Source of the DNA: Octopus sinensis
Lineage: Eukaryota
Reading direction: 5' to 3'
Assembly (NCBI RefSeq): GCF_006345805.1
Contig: NW_021833453.1
Span: 1 to 64,000 of the forward strand
DNA length: 64,000 bases
This document shows, piece after piece, positions 45,601 to 60,600 of the stretch (its first letter is position 1; each line of letters begins with the position of its first letter). The notes under the pieces were generated by a model. It was given only the letters and a program-made list of their open reading frames with translations, was not told the origin of the DNA and searched no databases. The translations under genes and the position numbers were made by a program.

Positions 45601-48600
45601 TCTCAAAAGTTTTCAGGTTAGAAAATGTCAAAATATTGCATATGTGTACTTGAAAAACAACAAAAAATTTAGAGCTAAATATAAGTTAACTGATTGATAA
45701 AAAGCTTACATTTATCCAAGAGATCACTAAAACTCAAAAGTTTTCAGGTTAGAAAATGTCAAAATATTGCATATGTGTACTTGAAAGACAACAAAAAATT
45801 AGTGATCTCATAGCTAAATATAAGGTAACTGATTGATGAAAAGCTTATATTTATCCAAGAGATCACTAAAATCTCAAATGTTTTCGGTTAGAAGATATCA
45901 AAATATTGCATATGTGTACTTGAAAAACAACAAAAAATTTAGAGCTAAATATAGTTAACTGATTGATAAAAAGCTTATATTTATCCAAGAGATCACTAAA
46001 ATATTAAAAGTTTTAAGGTTAGAAAATGTCAAAATATTGCATATGTGTACTTGAAAAACAACAAAAAATTTAGTGATCTAATAGCTAAATATAAGTTAAC
46101 TGATTGATAAAAAGCTTATATGTATCCAATATATCACTAAAGTCTCAAACGTTTTCAGGTTGGAAAATGCCAAAATATTGCATATGTGTACTTGAAAAAC
46201 AACAAAAAATTTAGTGATCTCTTAGCTAAATATAAGTTAGCTGATTGATAAAAACTTATATTTATCCTAGAGATCACTAAAATCTCAAAAGTTTTCAGGT
46301 TAGAAAATGTCAAAATATTGCATATGAGTACATGAAAAACAACAGAAAATTTAGTGATCTCTTAGCTAAATATAAGTTAGCTGATGATAAAAAGCTTAAC
46401 CAGAGATCACTAAAATCGCAAAAGTTTTCAGGTTAGAAAATGTCAAAATATTGCATATGTGTACTTGAAAAACAACAAAAAATTTAGTGATCTCTTAGCT
46501 AATATAAGTTAACTGATGATAAAAGCTCATATTTATCCAAGAGATCACTAAAATCTTAAAAGCTTTCAGGTTAGAAAATGTCAAAATATTGCATATGTGT
46601 ACTTGAAAAACAACAAAAAATTTAGAGCTAAATATAAGTTAACTGATTGATAAAAAGCTTATTTATCCAAGAGATCACTAACGCAAAAGTTTTCAGGTTA
46701 CAAAATGTCAAAATATTGCATATGTGTACTTGAAAAACAACAAAAAATTTAGTGATCTAAAAGCTAAATATAAGGTTACTGGTTGATAAAAAGCTGATAT
46801 TTATCCAAGAGATCACTAAAATCTCAAAAGTTTTCAGGTTAGAAAATGTTAACTGTCAAATATAGCATATATGTACTTGAAAAACAACAAAAAATTTAGA
46901 GCTAAACATAAGTGAACTGATTGATAAAAACTTATATTTATCCTAGAGATCACTAAAATCTCAAAAGTTTTCAGGTTAGAAAATGTCAAAATATTGCATA
47001 TGTGTACTTCAAAAACAACAAAAACTTTAGTGATCTAATAGCTAAATATAAGGTAACTGATTGTTAAAAAGCTTATATTTATCCAAGAGATCACTAAAAT
47101 CGAAAAAGTTTTCAGGTTAGAAAATGTCAAAATATTGCAAATGTGTACTTGAAAAACAACAAAAAATTTAGTGATCTAATAGCTAAATAAGTTAACTGAT
47201 TGATAATGAGCTTAATATATCCAATATATCACTAAAGTCTCAACGTTTTCAGGTTGGAAAATGCCAAAATATTGCATATGTGTACATGAAAAACAACAAA
47301 AAAATTTAGTGATCTCTTAGCTAAATATCAGTTAGCTGATTGATAAAAAGCTTAACCAGAGATCACTAAAATCGCAAAAGTTTTCAGGTTAGAAAATGTC
47401 AAAATATTGCATATGTGTACTTGAAAAACAACAAAAAATTTAGTGATCTCTTTGCTAAATATAAGTTAGCTGATTGATAAAAAGCTTATATTTATCCTAG
47501 AGATCACTAAAATCTCAAAAGTTTTAAGGTTAGAAAATGTCAAATTATTGCATATGGTGTACTTGAAAAACAACAAAAAATTTAGACCTAAATATAAGTT
47601 AAATGATTGATAAAAAGCTTATATTTATCCAATATATCACTAAAATCTCAAAAGTTTTCAGGTTAGAAAATGTCAAAATATTGCATATGTGTACTTGAAA
47701 GACAACAAAAAATTTAGAGATAAATATAAGTTAACTGATTGATAAGAAGCTTATATTTATCCAAGAGATCACTAAAATCTCAAAAGTTTTCAGGTTAGAA
47801 AATGTTAAAATATTGCATATGTGTACTTGAAAAACAACAAAAAATTTAGAGCTAAATATAATTTAACTGATTGATAATAAGCTTATATTTATCCAAGAGA
47901 ACACTAAAATCTCAAAAGTTTTCAGGTTAGAAAATGTCAAAATATTGCAAATGTGTACTTGAAAAACAACAAAAAATTTAGTGATCTAATAGCTAAATAT
48001 AAAGTAACTGATTGATAAAAAGCTTATATTTATCCAAGAGATCACTAAAATCGAAAAAGTTTTCAGGTTAGAAAATGTCAAAATATATAGTGATCTCTTA
48101 GCTAAATAAAAGTTAACTGATTGATAAAAACTTATATTTATCGAAGTGATCTCTTAGCTAAATAAAAGTTAACTGATTGATAAAAACTTATATTTATCGA
48201 AGAGATCACTAAAATCTTAAAAGTTGTCAGGTTAGAAGATATCAAAATATTGCATATGTGTACTTGAAAAACAACAAAAAATTTAGTGATCAAATAGCTA
48301 AATATAAGTTAACTGATTGATAAAAAGCTTAAATGTATCCAATATATCATTGAAGTCTCAAACGTTTTCAGGTTGGAAAATGCCAAAATATTGCATATGT
48401 GTACTTGAAAAACATCAAAAAATTTAGTTATCTCTTAGCTAAATATAAGTTAGCTGATTGATAAAAAGCTTAACCAAGAGATCACTAAAATCGCAAAAGT
48501 TTTCAGGTTAGAAAATGTCAAAATATTGCATATGTGTACTTGAAAAACAACAAAAAATTTAGAGCTAAATATAAGTTAACTGATTGATAAAAAGCTGATA

Positions 48601-51600
48601 TTTATCCAAGAGATCACTAAAATCCAAAAAAGTTTTCAGGTTAGAAATTTTCAAAATATTGCATATGTGTACTTGAAAAACAACAAAAAATTTAGTGATC
48701 ACATAGCTAAATATAAGTTAACTGTTTGATAAAAACTTATATTATCCTAGAGATCACTAAAATCTCAAAAGTTTTCAGGTAGAAAATGTCAAAATATTGC
48801 ATATGTGTCCTTGAAAGACAACAAAAAATTTAGAGCTAAATAAAGTTAATTGATTGATAAAAAGCTTATATTTATCCAAGAGATCACTAAAATCTCAAAA
48901 GCTTTCAGGTTAGAAAATGTCAAAAAATTGCATATGTGTACTTGAAAAAAAACAAAAAATTTAGAGCTAAATAAAAGTTAACTGATTGATAAAAAGCGTA
49001 TATTTATCCAAGAGATCACTAAAATCTCAAAAGTTTTCAGGTTAGAAAATGTCAAAATATTGCAAATGTATACATGAAAAACAACAAAAAATTTAGTGAT
49101 CTAATAGCTAAATATAAGGTAACTGATTGATAAAAAGCTTATATTTATCCAAGAGATCACTAAAATCTCAAAAGTTTTCAGGTTAGAAAATGTAAAAATA
49201 TTGCATATGTGAACTTGAAAAACAACAAAAAATTTAGTGATCTCTTAGCTAAATATAAGTAAACTGAATGATGAAAAGCTTATATTTACCCAAGAGATCA
49301 GTAACGCAAAATTTTTCAGGTGACAAAATGTCAAAATATTGCATATGTGTATTTGAAAAACAACAAAAAATTTAGAGCTAAATATAAGTTAACTGATTGA
49401 TAAAAAGCTTATATTTATCCAAGAGATCACCAAAATCTCAAAAGTTTTCAGGTTAAAAAATATCAAAATATTGCATATGTGTACTTGAAAAACAACAAAG
49501 AATTTAGTGATCTCTTAGCTAAATATAAGTGAACTGATTGATAAAAACTTATATTTATCCTAGAGATCACTGAAATCTCAATAGTTTTCAGTTAGAAAAT
49601 ATCAAAATTATTGCATATGTTTACTTGAAAACAACAAAAATTTAGTGATCTCTTAGCTAAATATAAGTAGCTGATTGATAAAAAGCTTATATTATCCCAG
49701 AGATCACTAACGCAAAAGTTTTCAGGTTACAAAATGTCAAAATATTGCATATGTGTACTTGAAATAAGACAAAAATTTAGTGATCTAATAGCTAAATATA
49801 AGTTAACTGATTGATAAAAAGCTGCTATTTATCCAAGAATCACTAAAATCTCAAAAGTTTTCAGGTTAGAAAATGTCAAAATATTGCATATGTGTACTTG
49901 AAAACAACAAGAGATCACTAACTCAAAAGTTTCCAGGTTAAGAATGTCAAAATGTGCAAATATGTACTTGAAAAACAACAAAAATTTAGTGATCTAATAA
50001 CTAAATGTAAGTTAACTGATTGATAAAAAGCTTATATTTCTCCAAGAGATCACTAAAATCGCAAAAGTTTTCAGGTTAGAAAATGTCAAAATTTTTGCAT
50101 ATGTGTACTTGAAAAACAACAAAATGTATAGCTAAATATAAGTTAACTGATTGATAAAAGCTTATATTTATCCAAGTGATCACTAAAATCTCAAAAGTTT
50201 TCAGGTTAGAAAATGTAAAAATATTGGATATGTTACTTGAAAAACACAAAAATTTAGTGATCTCTTAGCTAAATATAAGTAAACTGATGATAAAAAGCTT
50301 ATATTTACCCAAGAGATCAGTAACGCAAAAGTTTTCAGGTTGACAAAATGTCAAAATATTGCATATGTGTATTGAAAAACAACCAAAAATTTAGCTAAAT
50401 ATAAGTTAACTGATTGATACAAAGCTTATATTTATCCAAGAGATCACTAAAATCTCAAAAGTTTTCAGGTTAAAAAATATCAAAATATTGCATATGTGTA
50501 CTTGAAAAAAAAAAAAAAAATTTAGTGATCTCTTAGCTAAATATAAGTGAACTGATTGATAAAACTATATTTATCCAAGTGATCACTAAAATCAATAGTT
50601 TCTCAGGTTAAAAAATATCAAAATATTGCATATGTGTACTTGAAATAAAACAAAAATTTAGTGATCTAATAGCTAAATAAAGGAACTGATTGATAAAAAG
50701 CGCATTTATCAAGAGATCACTAAAATCTCAAAAGTTTTCAGGTTAAAATACAAAAACATATTGCATATGTGTACTTGAAAAACAACAAAAATTTACAGCT
50801 AAATTAAATTAACTGATTGATAAAAAGCTGATATTCATCCAAGAGATCACTAAAATCTCAAAGTTTTCAGGTTAAAAATATCAAAGTTGCATAGGTGTAC
50901 TTGAAAACAACAAAAATTTAGTGATCTCATAGCTAAATATAAGTGAACTGATTGATAAAAACTTATATTTATCCTAGAGATCACTAAATCTCAAAAGTTT
51001 TCAGGTTAGAAAATGTCAAATATTGCATATGTTTACTTGAAAAACACAAAAATTTAGTGATCTCTTAGCTAAATACAATTCATCTGATTGATAAAAAGCT
51101 TTACCAAGAAATCACTAAAATCTCAAAAGTTTTAGGTAGAAAATGTCAAAATATTGCATATGTGTACTTGAAAACAACAAAAAATTTAGTGATCTCTCAG
51201 CTAATACAAGTTAGCTGATGATAAAAAGCTTATATTTAATCCAAGAGATCACTGAACGCAAAGTTTTCAGGTTACAAAATGTCAAAATATGCATATCTGT
51301 ACTTGAAATAAAACAAAAAATTTAGTGATCTAATAGCTAAATATAAGGTAACTGATTGATAAAACGATATATTTATCCAGAGATCACTAAATCTCAAAAG
51401 TTTTCAGGTTAGAAAATGACAAAATATTGCATATGTACTTGAAAAACAACAAAAAATTTACAGCTAATATAAGTAACTGTTTGATAAAAAGCTGATATTT
51501 ATCCAGAGATCACACAAAATCGCAAATGTTTTCAGGTTAAAAAAAATCAAAATATTGCATATGGTTACTTGAAAAACAACAAAAATTTAGTGATCTCATA

Positions 51601-54600
51601 GCTAAATACAAGTTAACTGATTGATAAAACGCTTAACCAAGAGATCACTAAAATCTCAAAATTTTCAGGTTAGAACAACGTCAAAATATTGGCATATGTG
51701 TACTTGAAAAGCACAAGAGATCACTAACGCAAAGTTTCCAGGTTAGAAAATGTCAAAATATTGCAATGTGTACTTGAAAAACAACAAAAAATTTAGTGAT
51801 CTCTTACTAAATAATTTAACTGATTGATAAAAAGCTTATATTTATCGAAGAGATCACTAAAATCTCAAAAGTTTTTCAGGTCAAAAAATGTCAAAATATG
51901 GCATATGTGTACTTGAAAACAACAATAAATTTAGTGATCTCTTAGCTAAATATAAGTTAACTGATTGATTCAAAGCTTATATTTATCCAGAGATCACTAA
52001 AATGGCAAAAGTTTTCAGGTTAGAAAATGTCAAATATTGCATATGTGTACTTGAAAAACAACAAAAATTTAGTGATCTCTAACCTAAATATGAATTACTG
52101 ATTGATAAACAGCTTATATTATCCAAAGATCACTAAAATCTCAAAAGTTTTCAGGTAAAAATGTCAAATTATTGCATATGTGTACTTGAAAAACAACAAA
52201 AATTTAGTGATCTCTTAGCTAAATATAATTTAACAGATTGATAAAAGCTTATATTTATCCAAGAGATCACTAAAATCTCAAAAGTTTTCAGGTTAGAAAA
52301 TGTCAAAATATTGCATATGTGAACTTGAAAACAACAAAAAATTAAGTGATCTCTTAGCTAAATATAAGTAACCTGAATGATGAAAAGCTTATATTTACCC
52401 AAGAGATCACTATCGCAAAATTTTCAGGTTACGAAATGTCAAATATTGCATATGTGTACTTGAAAATCAACAAAAAATTTAGTGATCTAATAGCTAAATA
52501 TAAGGTAACTGATTGATATAAAGCTGATATTATCCAAGAGATCACTAAAATCTCAAAAGTTTTCAGGTGAGAAAATGTCAAATATTGCATATGTGTACTT
52601 GAAAAACACAAGAAATTTAGTGATCTCTTAGCTAATATTAGTAAACTGAATGATAAAAAGCTTATATTTACCCAAGTGATCACTAACGCAAAGGTTTCAG
52701 GTTATAAAATGTCAAAATATTGCATACGTTTACTTGAAAAACAACAAAAAATTTAATGATCTAATTGCTAATATAAGTTAACTGATTGATAAAAGCTTAT
52801 AGTTATCCAAGAGATCACTAAATCTCAAAAGTTTTTCAGGTTACAAAATGTCAAAAATTGCCTATGTGTACTTGAAAAACAACAAAAAATTTAGTGATCT
52901 CTTAGCTAAATATGAATTAACTGATTGATAAACAGCTTATATTTATCCAACAGATCACTAAATTCTCAAAAGTTTTGAGGTCAGAATATGTCAAAATTGC
53001 ATATGTGTACTTGAAAACAACAAAAAATTTAGTGATCTCTTAGATAAATATAAGTTAGCTGAATGATAAAAAGCTTAACCAAGAGATCACTAAGATAGCA
53101 AAAGTTTTCAGGTTAGAAACTGTCAAAATATTGCATATGTGTACTTGAAAAACACAAAAATTTAGTGATCTCTTAGCTAAATAATGTTAACTGATAAATA
53201 AATAACTTATTTTTATCCAAGAGATCACTAAAATCTCAAAAGTTTTCAGGTTAGAAAATGTCAAAATATTGCATATGTGTCTTTGAAACAACAAAAAATT
53301 AAGTGATCTCTTAGCTAAAAATATGTTAACTGATTGAAAAAAAATTATATTTATCCAAGAGATCACTAAAATCGCAAAGGTTTCAGGTTAGAAAATTTGA
53401 AAATATTGCATATGTGTACATGAAAAACACAAAAATTTAGTGATCTCTTAGCTAAATATATCTTAACTGATTGATAAAAAGCTTATATTTATCCAAGAGA
53501 TCACTAAAATCGCAAAAGTTTTCAGGTTAGAAAATGTCAAAATATTGCATATGTGTTCTTGAAAAACAACAAGAAATTTAGTGATCTCTTAGCGAAAAAT
53601 AAATAAACTGAATGATAACAAGCTTATATTTATCGAAGAGATCACTAAAATCTCAAAAGTTTTTCAGGTTAGAAAATGTCAAAATATTGCATATGTGTAC
53701 GTGAAAAACAACAAAATTTTAGAACTAAATATAAGTTAACTGATTGATAAAAAGCTTATACATATCCAAGACATCACTAAAATGTCAAAAGTTTACAGGT
53801 TAGATAATGTCAAAATATTGCATATGTGTACTTGAAAAACAACAAAGAATTTAGTGATCTCTTAGCTAAATATAAGTTAACTGATTGATAAAAACTTATA
53901 TTTATCCAAGTGATCACTAAAATATCAATAGTTTTCAGGTTAGAAGATGTCAAAATATTGCATATGTGTACTTGAAAAACAACAAAAAATTTAGTGATCT
54001 CATAGCTAAATATAAGTGAACTGATTGATAAAATTTATATTTATCCTAGAGATCACTGAAATCTCAATAGTTTTCAGGTTAGAAAATGTCAAATTATTGC
54101 ATATGTTTACTTGAAAAACAACAAAATTTAGTGATCTCTCAGCTAAATACAAGTTAGCTGATTGATAAATAGCTTATATTTATCCAAGAGATCACTAACG
54201 CAAAAGTTTTCAGGTTACAAAATGTCAAAATATTGCATATGTGTACTTGAAATAAAGCAAAAAATTTAGTGATCTAATAGCTAAATATAAGGTAACTGAT
54301 TGATAAAAGCTGATATTTATCCAAGAGATCACTAAAATCTCAATAGTTTTCAGGTTAGAAAATGACAAAATATTGCATATATGTACTTGAAAAACAACAA
54401 AAATTTACAGCTAAATATAAGTTAACTGATTGATAAAAAGCTGATATTTATCCAAGAGATCACTAAAATCACAAATGTTTTCAGTTAAAAAACATCAAAA
54501 TATTGCATAGGTGTACTTGAAAAACAAAAATTTAGTGATCTCTTAGCTAAATATAAGTTAGCTGAGTGATAAAAGCTTAACTAAGTGATCACAAAAATCG

Positions 54601-57600
54601 CAAAAGTTTTCAGGTTAGGAAATGTCAAAATATTGCATATGTGTACTTGAAAAACAACAAAAATTTAGTGATCTAATAGCTAAATATAAGGTACTGATTG
54701 ATAAAAAGCTTATATTTATCCAAGAGATCACTAAAATCGCAAAAGTTTTCAGGCTAGAAATGTCAAAATATTGCATATGTGTACTTGAAAACAACAAAAA
54801 TTTCGAGCTAAATGTAAGTTAACTGATTGATAAAAAGCTTATATTGATCCAAGAGAGATCACTAAAATCGCAAAAGTTTTCAGGTTAGAATATGTCAAAA
54901 TATTGCATAGGTGTACTTGAAAACAACAAAAATTTATAGCTAAATATAAGTTAACTAATTGATAAAAGCTTATATTCATACAAGAGATCACTAAAATCTC
55001 AAAAGTTTTCACGTTAGAAAATGTAAAAATATTGCAAATGTGTACTTGAAAAACAACAAAAAATTTAGAAGATCTAATAGCTAAATGTAAGTTAACTGAT
55101 TGATAAAAAGCTTATATTTATCCAAGAAATCACTAAAATCGCAAAAGTTTACAGGTTAGAAAATGTCAAAATATTGCATGTGTACTTGAAAAACAACAAA
55201 AATTTAGTGATCTCTTATCTAAATATAAGTAAACTGAATGATGAAAAGCTTATATTTACCCAAGAGATCACTAAGGCAAAAGTTTTCAGGACACAAAATG
55301 TCAACATATTGCATATGTGTACTTGATAAACACAAAAATTTAGTGATCTCTTAGCTAAATATAAGTTAGCTGATTGATAAAAAGCTTTACCAAAGATCAC
55401 TAAAATCAAAAGTTTTCAGGTTAAAAATATCAAAATATTGCATATGTGTACTTGAAAAACAACAAAGAATTTAGTGATCTCTTAGCTAAATATAAGTTAC
55501 TGATTGATAAAAACTTATATTTATCCAAGTGATCACTAAAACATCAATGGTTTTCAGGTTAGAAGATGTCAAAATATTGCATATGTGTACTTGAAAAACA
55601 ACAAAATTTAGTGATCTCATAGCTAAATATAAGTGAACTGATTGATAAAACTTATATTTATCCTAGAGATCACTGAAATCTCAATAGTTTTCAGGTTAGA
55701 AAATGTCAAATTATTGCATATGTTTACTTGAAAAACAACAAAAAATTTAGTGATCTCTTAGCTAAAGACAAGTTATATGATTGATAAAAAGCTTTACCAA
55801 GAAATCACTAAAATCGCAAAAGTTTTTATGTTAGAAAATGTCAAAATATTGCATATGTGTACTTGAAAAACAACAAAAAATTTAGTGATCTCTTAGCTAA
55901 ATACAAGTTAGCTGATTGATAAAAAGCTTATATTTATCCAAGAGATCACTAACGCAAAAGTTTTCAGGTTACAAAATGTCAAAATATTGCATATGTGTAC
56001 TTGAAATAAAACAAAAATTTAGTGATCTAATAGCTAAATATAAGTTAACTGATTGATAAAAAGCTGATATTTATCCAAGAGATCACTAAATCTCAAACGT
56101 TTGCAGGTAAGGAAATGTCAAATATTGCATATGTGTACTTGAAAAACACAAAAATTTAGCGATCTCTTAGCTAAATATAAGTTAGCTGATTGATAAAAAG
56201 CTTAACCAAGAGATCACTAAATCGCCAAAGTTTTCAAGTTAGAAAATCTCAAATATTGCTTATGTGTACTTGAAAAACAACCAAAATTTAGTTATCTCTT
56301 AGCTAAATTTAAGTAAACTGAATGATAAAAAGCTTATATTCACCCAAGAGATCACTAACGCAAAAGTTTTCAGGTTAGAAAATGTCAAAATTTGCATGTG
56401 TACTTGAAAAACAACAAAAAATTTAGTGATCTATTAGCTAAATATAAGTTAACTGATTGATAAAAAGCTTATATTTATCCAAGAGATCACTAAAATCTCA
56501 AAAGATTTCAGGTAAGAAAATTCAAAATATTGCATATGTGTACTTGAAAAACAACAGAAATTTAAAGCGAAATAAGTTACTGATTGATAAAAAGCTAATA
56601 TTTATCCAAGAGATCACTAAACTCTCAAAAGTTTTCAGGTTAGAAAATGTCAAAATATTGCAAATGTGTACTTGAAAAACAACAAAAAATTTAGTGATCT
56701 AATAGCTAAATATATGTTAACTGATTGATAAAAAGATTATATTTATCCAAGAGATCACTAAAATCTCATAAGTGTTCAGGTTAGAAAATGTCAAAATATT
56801 GCATATGTGTACTTGAAAAACAACAAAAAATTTAGTGATCTCTTAGCTAAATATAAGTTAGCTGAGTGATAAAAAGCTTAACCAAGTGATCACAAAAATC
56901 GCAAAAGTTTTCAGGTTAGAAAATGTCAAAATATTGCATATGTGTACTTGAAAAACAACAAAAAATTTAGTGATCTAATAGCTAAATATAAGGTAACTGA
57001 TTGATAAAAAGCTTATATTTATCCAAGAGATCACTAAAATCGCAAAAGTTTTCAGGCTAGAAATCAAAATATTGCATATGTGTTCTTGAAAACAACAAAA
57101 AATTTCGAGCTAAATGTAAGTTAACTGATTGATAAAAAGCTTATATTCATCCAAGAGATCACTAAAATCTCAATTTTCAGGTGAGAAAATGTCAAATATT
57201 GCATATGTGAACTTGAAAAACAACAAAAAATTTAGTGATCTTTTACCTAATATCAGTAAACTGAATGATGAAAAGCTTATATTTACCCAAGAGATCACTA
57301 ACGCAAAAGTTTTCAGGTTACAAAATGTCAAATATTGCATATGTGTACTTGAAATACACAAAAATTTAGTGATCTAATAGCTAAATATAAGTTAACTGAT
57401 TGATAAAACTTATATTTATCCAAGAGAACATTAAAATCTCAAAAGTTTTCAGGTTAGAAGATGTCAAAATATTGCATGTGTGTACTTGAAAAACAACAAA
57501 AAATTTAGTGATCTCATAGCTATATATAAGTGAAATGATTGATAAAAACTTATATTTATCCTAGAGATCACTAAAATCTCAAAAGTTTTCAGGTTAGAAG

Positions 57601-60600
57601 ATGTCAATATATTGCATATGTGTACTTGAAAAACAACAAAAATTTTAGTGATCTCTTAGCTAAATATAAGTTAACTGATTGATAAAAGCTTATATTGATC
57701 CAAGAGATCACTAAAATCGCAAAGTTTTCAGGTTAGAATATGTCACAATATTGCATAGGTGTACTTGAAAAACAACAAAAAAATTTATAGCTAAATATAA
57801 GTTAACTAATTGATAAAAAGCTTATATTCATCCAAGAGATCACTAAAATCTCAAAAGTTTTCACGTTAGAAAATGTAAAAATATTGCAAATGTGTACTTG
57901 AAAAACAACAAAAATTTTAGTGATCTAATAGCTAAATGTAAGTTAACTGATTGATAAAAGCTTATATTTATCCAGAGATCACTAAAATCGCAAAAGTTTA
58001 CAGGTTAGAAAATGTCAAAATATTGCAGATGTGTACTTGAAAACAACAAAAATTTAGTGATCTCTTATCTAATATAAGTAACTGAATGATGAAAAGCTTA
58101 TATTTACCCAAGAGATCACTAAGGCAAAAGTTTTCAGGTCACAAAATGTCAACATATTGCATATGTGTACTTGATAAACAACAAAAATTTAGTGATCTCT
58201 TAGCTAAATATAAGTTAGCTGATTGATAAAAAGCTTTACCAAGAGATCACTAAAATCTCAAAAGTTTTCAGGTTAAAAATATCAAAATATTGCATATGTG
58301 TACTTGAAAAACAACAAAGAATTTAGTGATCTCTTAGCTAAATATAAGTTAACTGATTGATAAAACTTATATTTATCCAAGTGATCACTAAAACATCATT
58401 TTTTTTTCAGGTTAGAAGATGTCAAAATGTTGCATATGTGTACTTGAAAAACAAAAATTTAGTGATCTCATAGCTAAATATAAGAACTGATTGATAAAAA
58501 CTTATATTTATCCTAGAGATCACTGAAATCTCAATAGTTTTCAGATTAGAAAATGTCAAATTATTGCATATGTTTACTTGAAAAACAACAAAAAATTTAG
58601 TGATCTCTTAGCTAAATACAAGTTATATGATTGATAAAAAGCTTTACCAAGACCTAAAATCGCAAAAGTTTTTATGTTAGAAAATGTCAAAATTTGCATA
58701 AGTGTACTTGAAAAACAACAAAAAATTAGTGATCTCTTAGCTAATACAAGTTAGCTGATTGATAAAAAGCTTATATTTATCCACTAACGCAAAAGTTTTC
58801 AGGTTACAAATGTCAAAATATTGCATATGTGTACTTGAAATAAAACAAAAATTTAGTGACTAATAGCTAAATATAAGGTAAGTGATTGATAAAAAGCTGA
58901 TATTTATACCAAGAGATCACTAAAATCTCAATAGTTTTTTCAGGTTAGAAAATGACAAAATATTGCATATATGTACTTGAAAAACAACAAAAATTTACAG
59001 CTAATATAAGTTAACTGATTGATAAAAGCTGATATTTATCCAAGAGATCACTAAAATCACAAATGTTTTCAAGGTTAAAAATATCAAAATATTGCATAGG
59101 TGTACTTGAAAAACACAAAAATTTAGTGATCTCATAGCTAAATACATTAGCTGATTGATAAAACGCTTAACAAGAGATCACTAAAATCGCAAAAGTTTTC
59201 AGGTTAAAAATGTCAAAATATTGCATATGTGTACTTGAAAAACAACAAGAGATCACTAACGCAAAAGTTTTCCAGGTTAGAAAATGTCAAAATATTCAAA
59301 TATGTACTTGAAAAACACAAAAATTTAGTGATCTAATAACTAAATGTAAGTTAACTGATTGATAAAAAGCTTATATTTTCCCAGAATCACTAAAATCGCA
59401 AAAGTTTTCAGGTTAGAAAATGTCCAAAAATAGGCATATGTGTACTTGAAAAACAACAATAAATTTCGTGATCTCTTAGCTAATATAGTTAACTGATTGA
59501 TAAAAAGCTATATTTATCCAAAGATCACTAAATGCAAAAATTTTCAGGTTAGAAAATGTCAAAATATTGCATATGTGTACTTGAAAAACAACAAAAATTT
59601 AGTGATCTCTACCTAAATCTGAATTACTGATTGATAACAGCTTATATTATCCAAGAGATCACTAAAATCTCAAAAGTTTTCAGGTAAGAAAATGTCAAAA
59701 TATTGCATATGTGTACTTGAAAATCAACAAAAATTTAGTGATCTCTTAGCTAAATATAATTTAACAGATTGATAAAAAGCTTATTTTATCCAAGAGATCA
59801 CGAAAATCTCAAAAGTTTTCAGGTGGAGAAATTCAAATATTGCATATGTGAACTTGAAAAACACAAAAAATTAAGTGATCTCTTAGCTAAATATAAGTAA
59901 CCTGAATGATGAAAACTTATATTTACCCAGAGATCACTATCGCAAAATTTTCAGGTTACAAATGTCAAAATATTGCATGTTGTACTTGAAAATCAACAAA
60001 AAATTTAGTGATCTAATAGCTAAATTAAGGTAACTGATTGATATAAAGCTGATATTTATCCAAGAGATCACTAAAATCTCAAAAGTTTTCAGGTGAGAAA
60101 ATGTCAAAATATTGCCTATGTGTACTTTGAAAAAACAGAAATTTAGTGATCTCTTAGCTAAATATTAGTAAACTGAATGATAAAAGCTTATATTTACCCA
60201 AGTGATCACTAACGCAAAGGTTTTCAGTTATAAATGTCAAAATATTGCATACGTTTACTTGACATACAACAAAAATTTAATGATCTAATGCTAAATATAT
60301 TAACTGATTGATAAAAAGCTTATAGTTATCCAAAGATCACTAAAATCTCAAAAGTTTTCAGGTAGAAAATGTCAAATATTGCCTGTGTACTTGAAAACAA
60401 CAAAAATTTAGTGATCTCTTAGCTAAATATGAATTAACGGATTGATAAAAGCTTATATTTATCCAACAGATCACTAAATTCTCAAAAGTTTTGAGGTCAG
60501 AAAATGTCAAAATATTGCATATGTGTACTTGAAAACAACAAAAATTTAGTGATCTCTTAGCTAAATATAAGTTAGCTGATTGATAAAAAGCTTAACCAAG

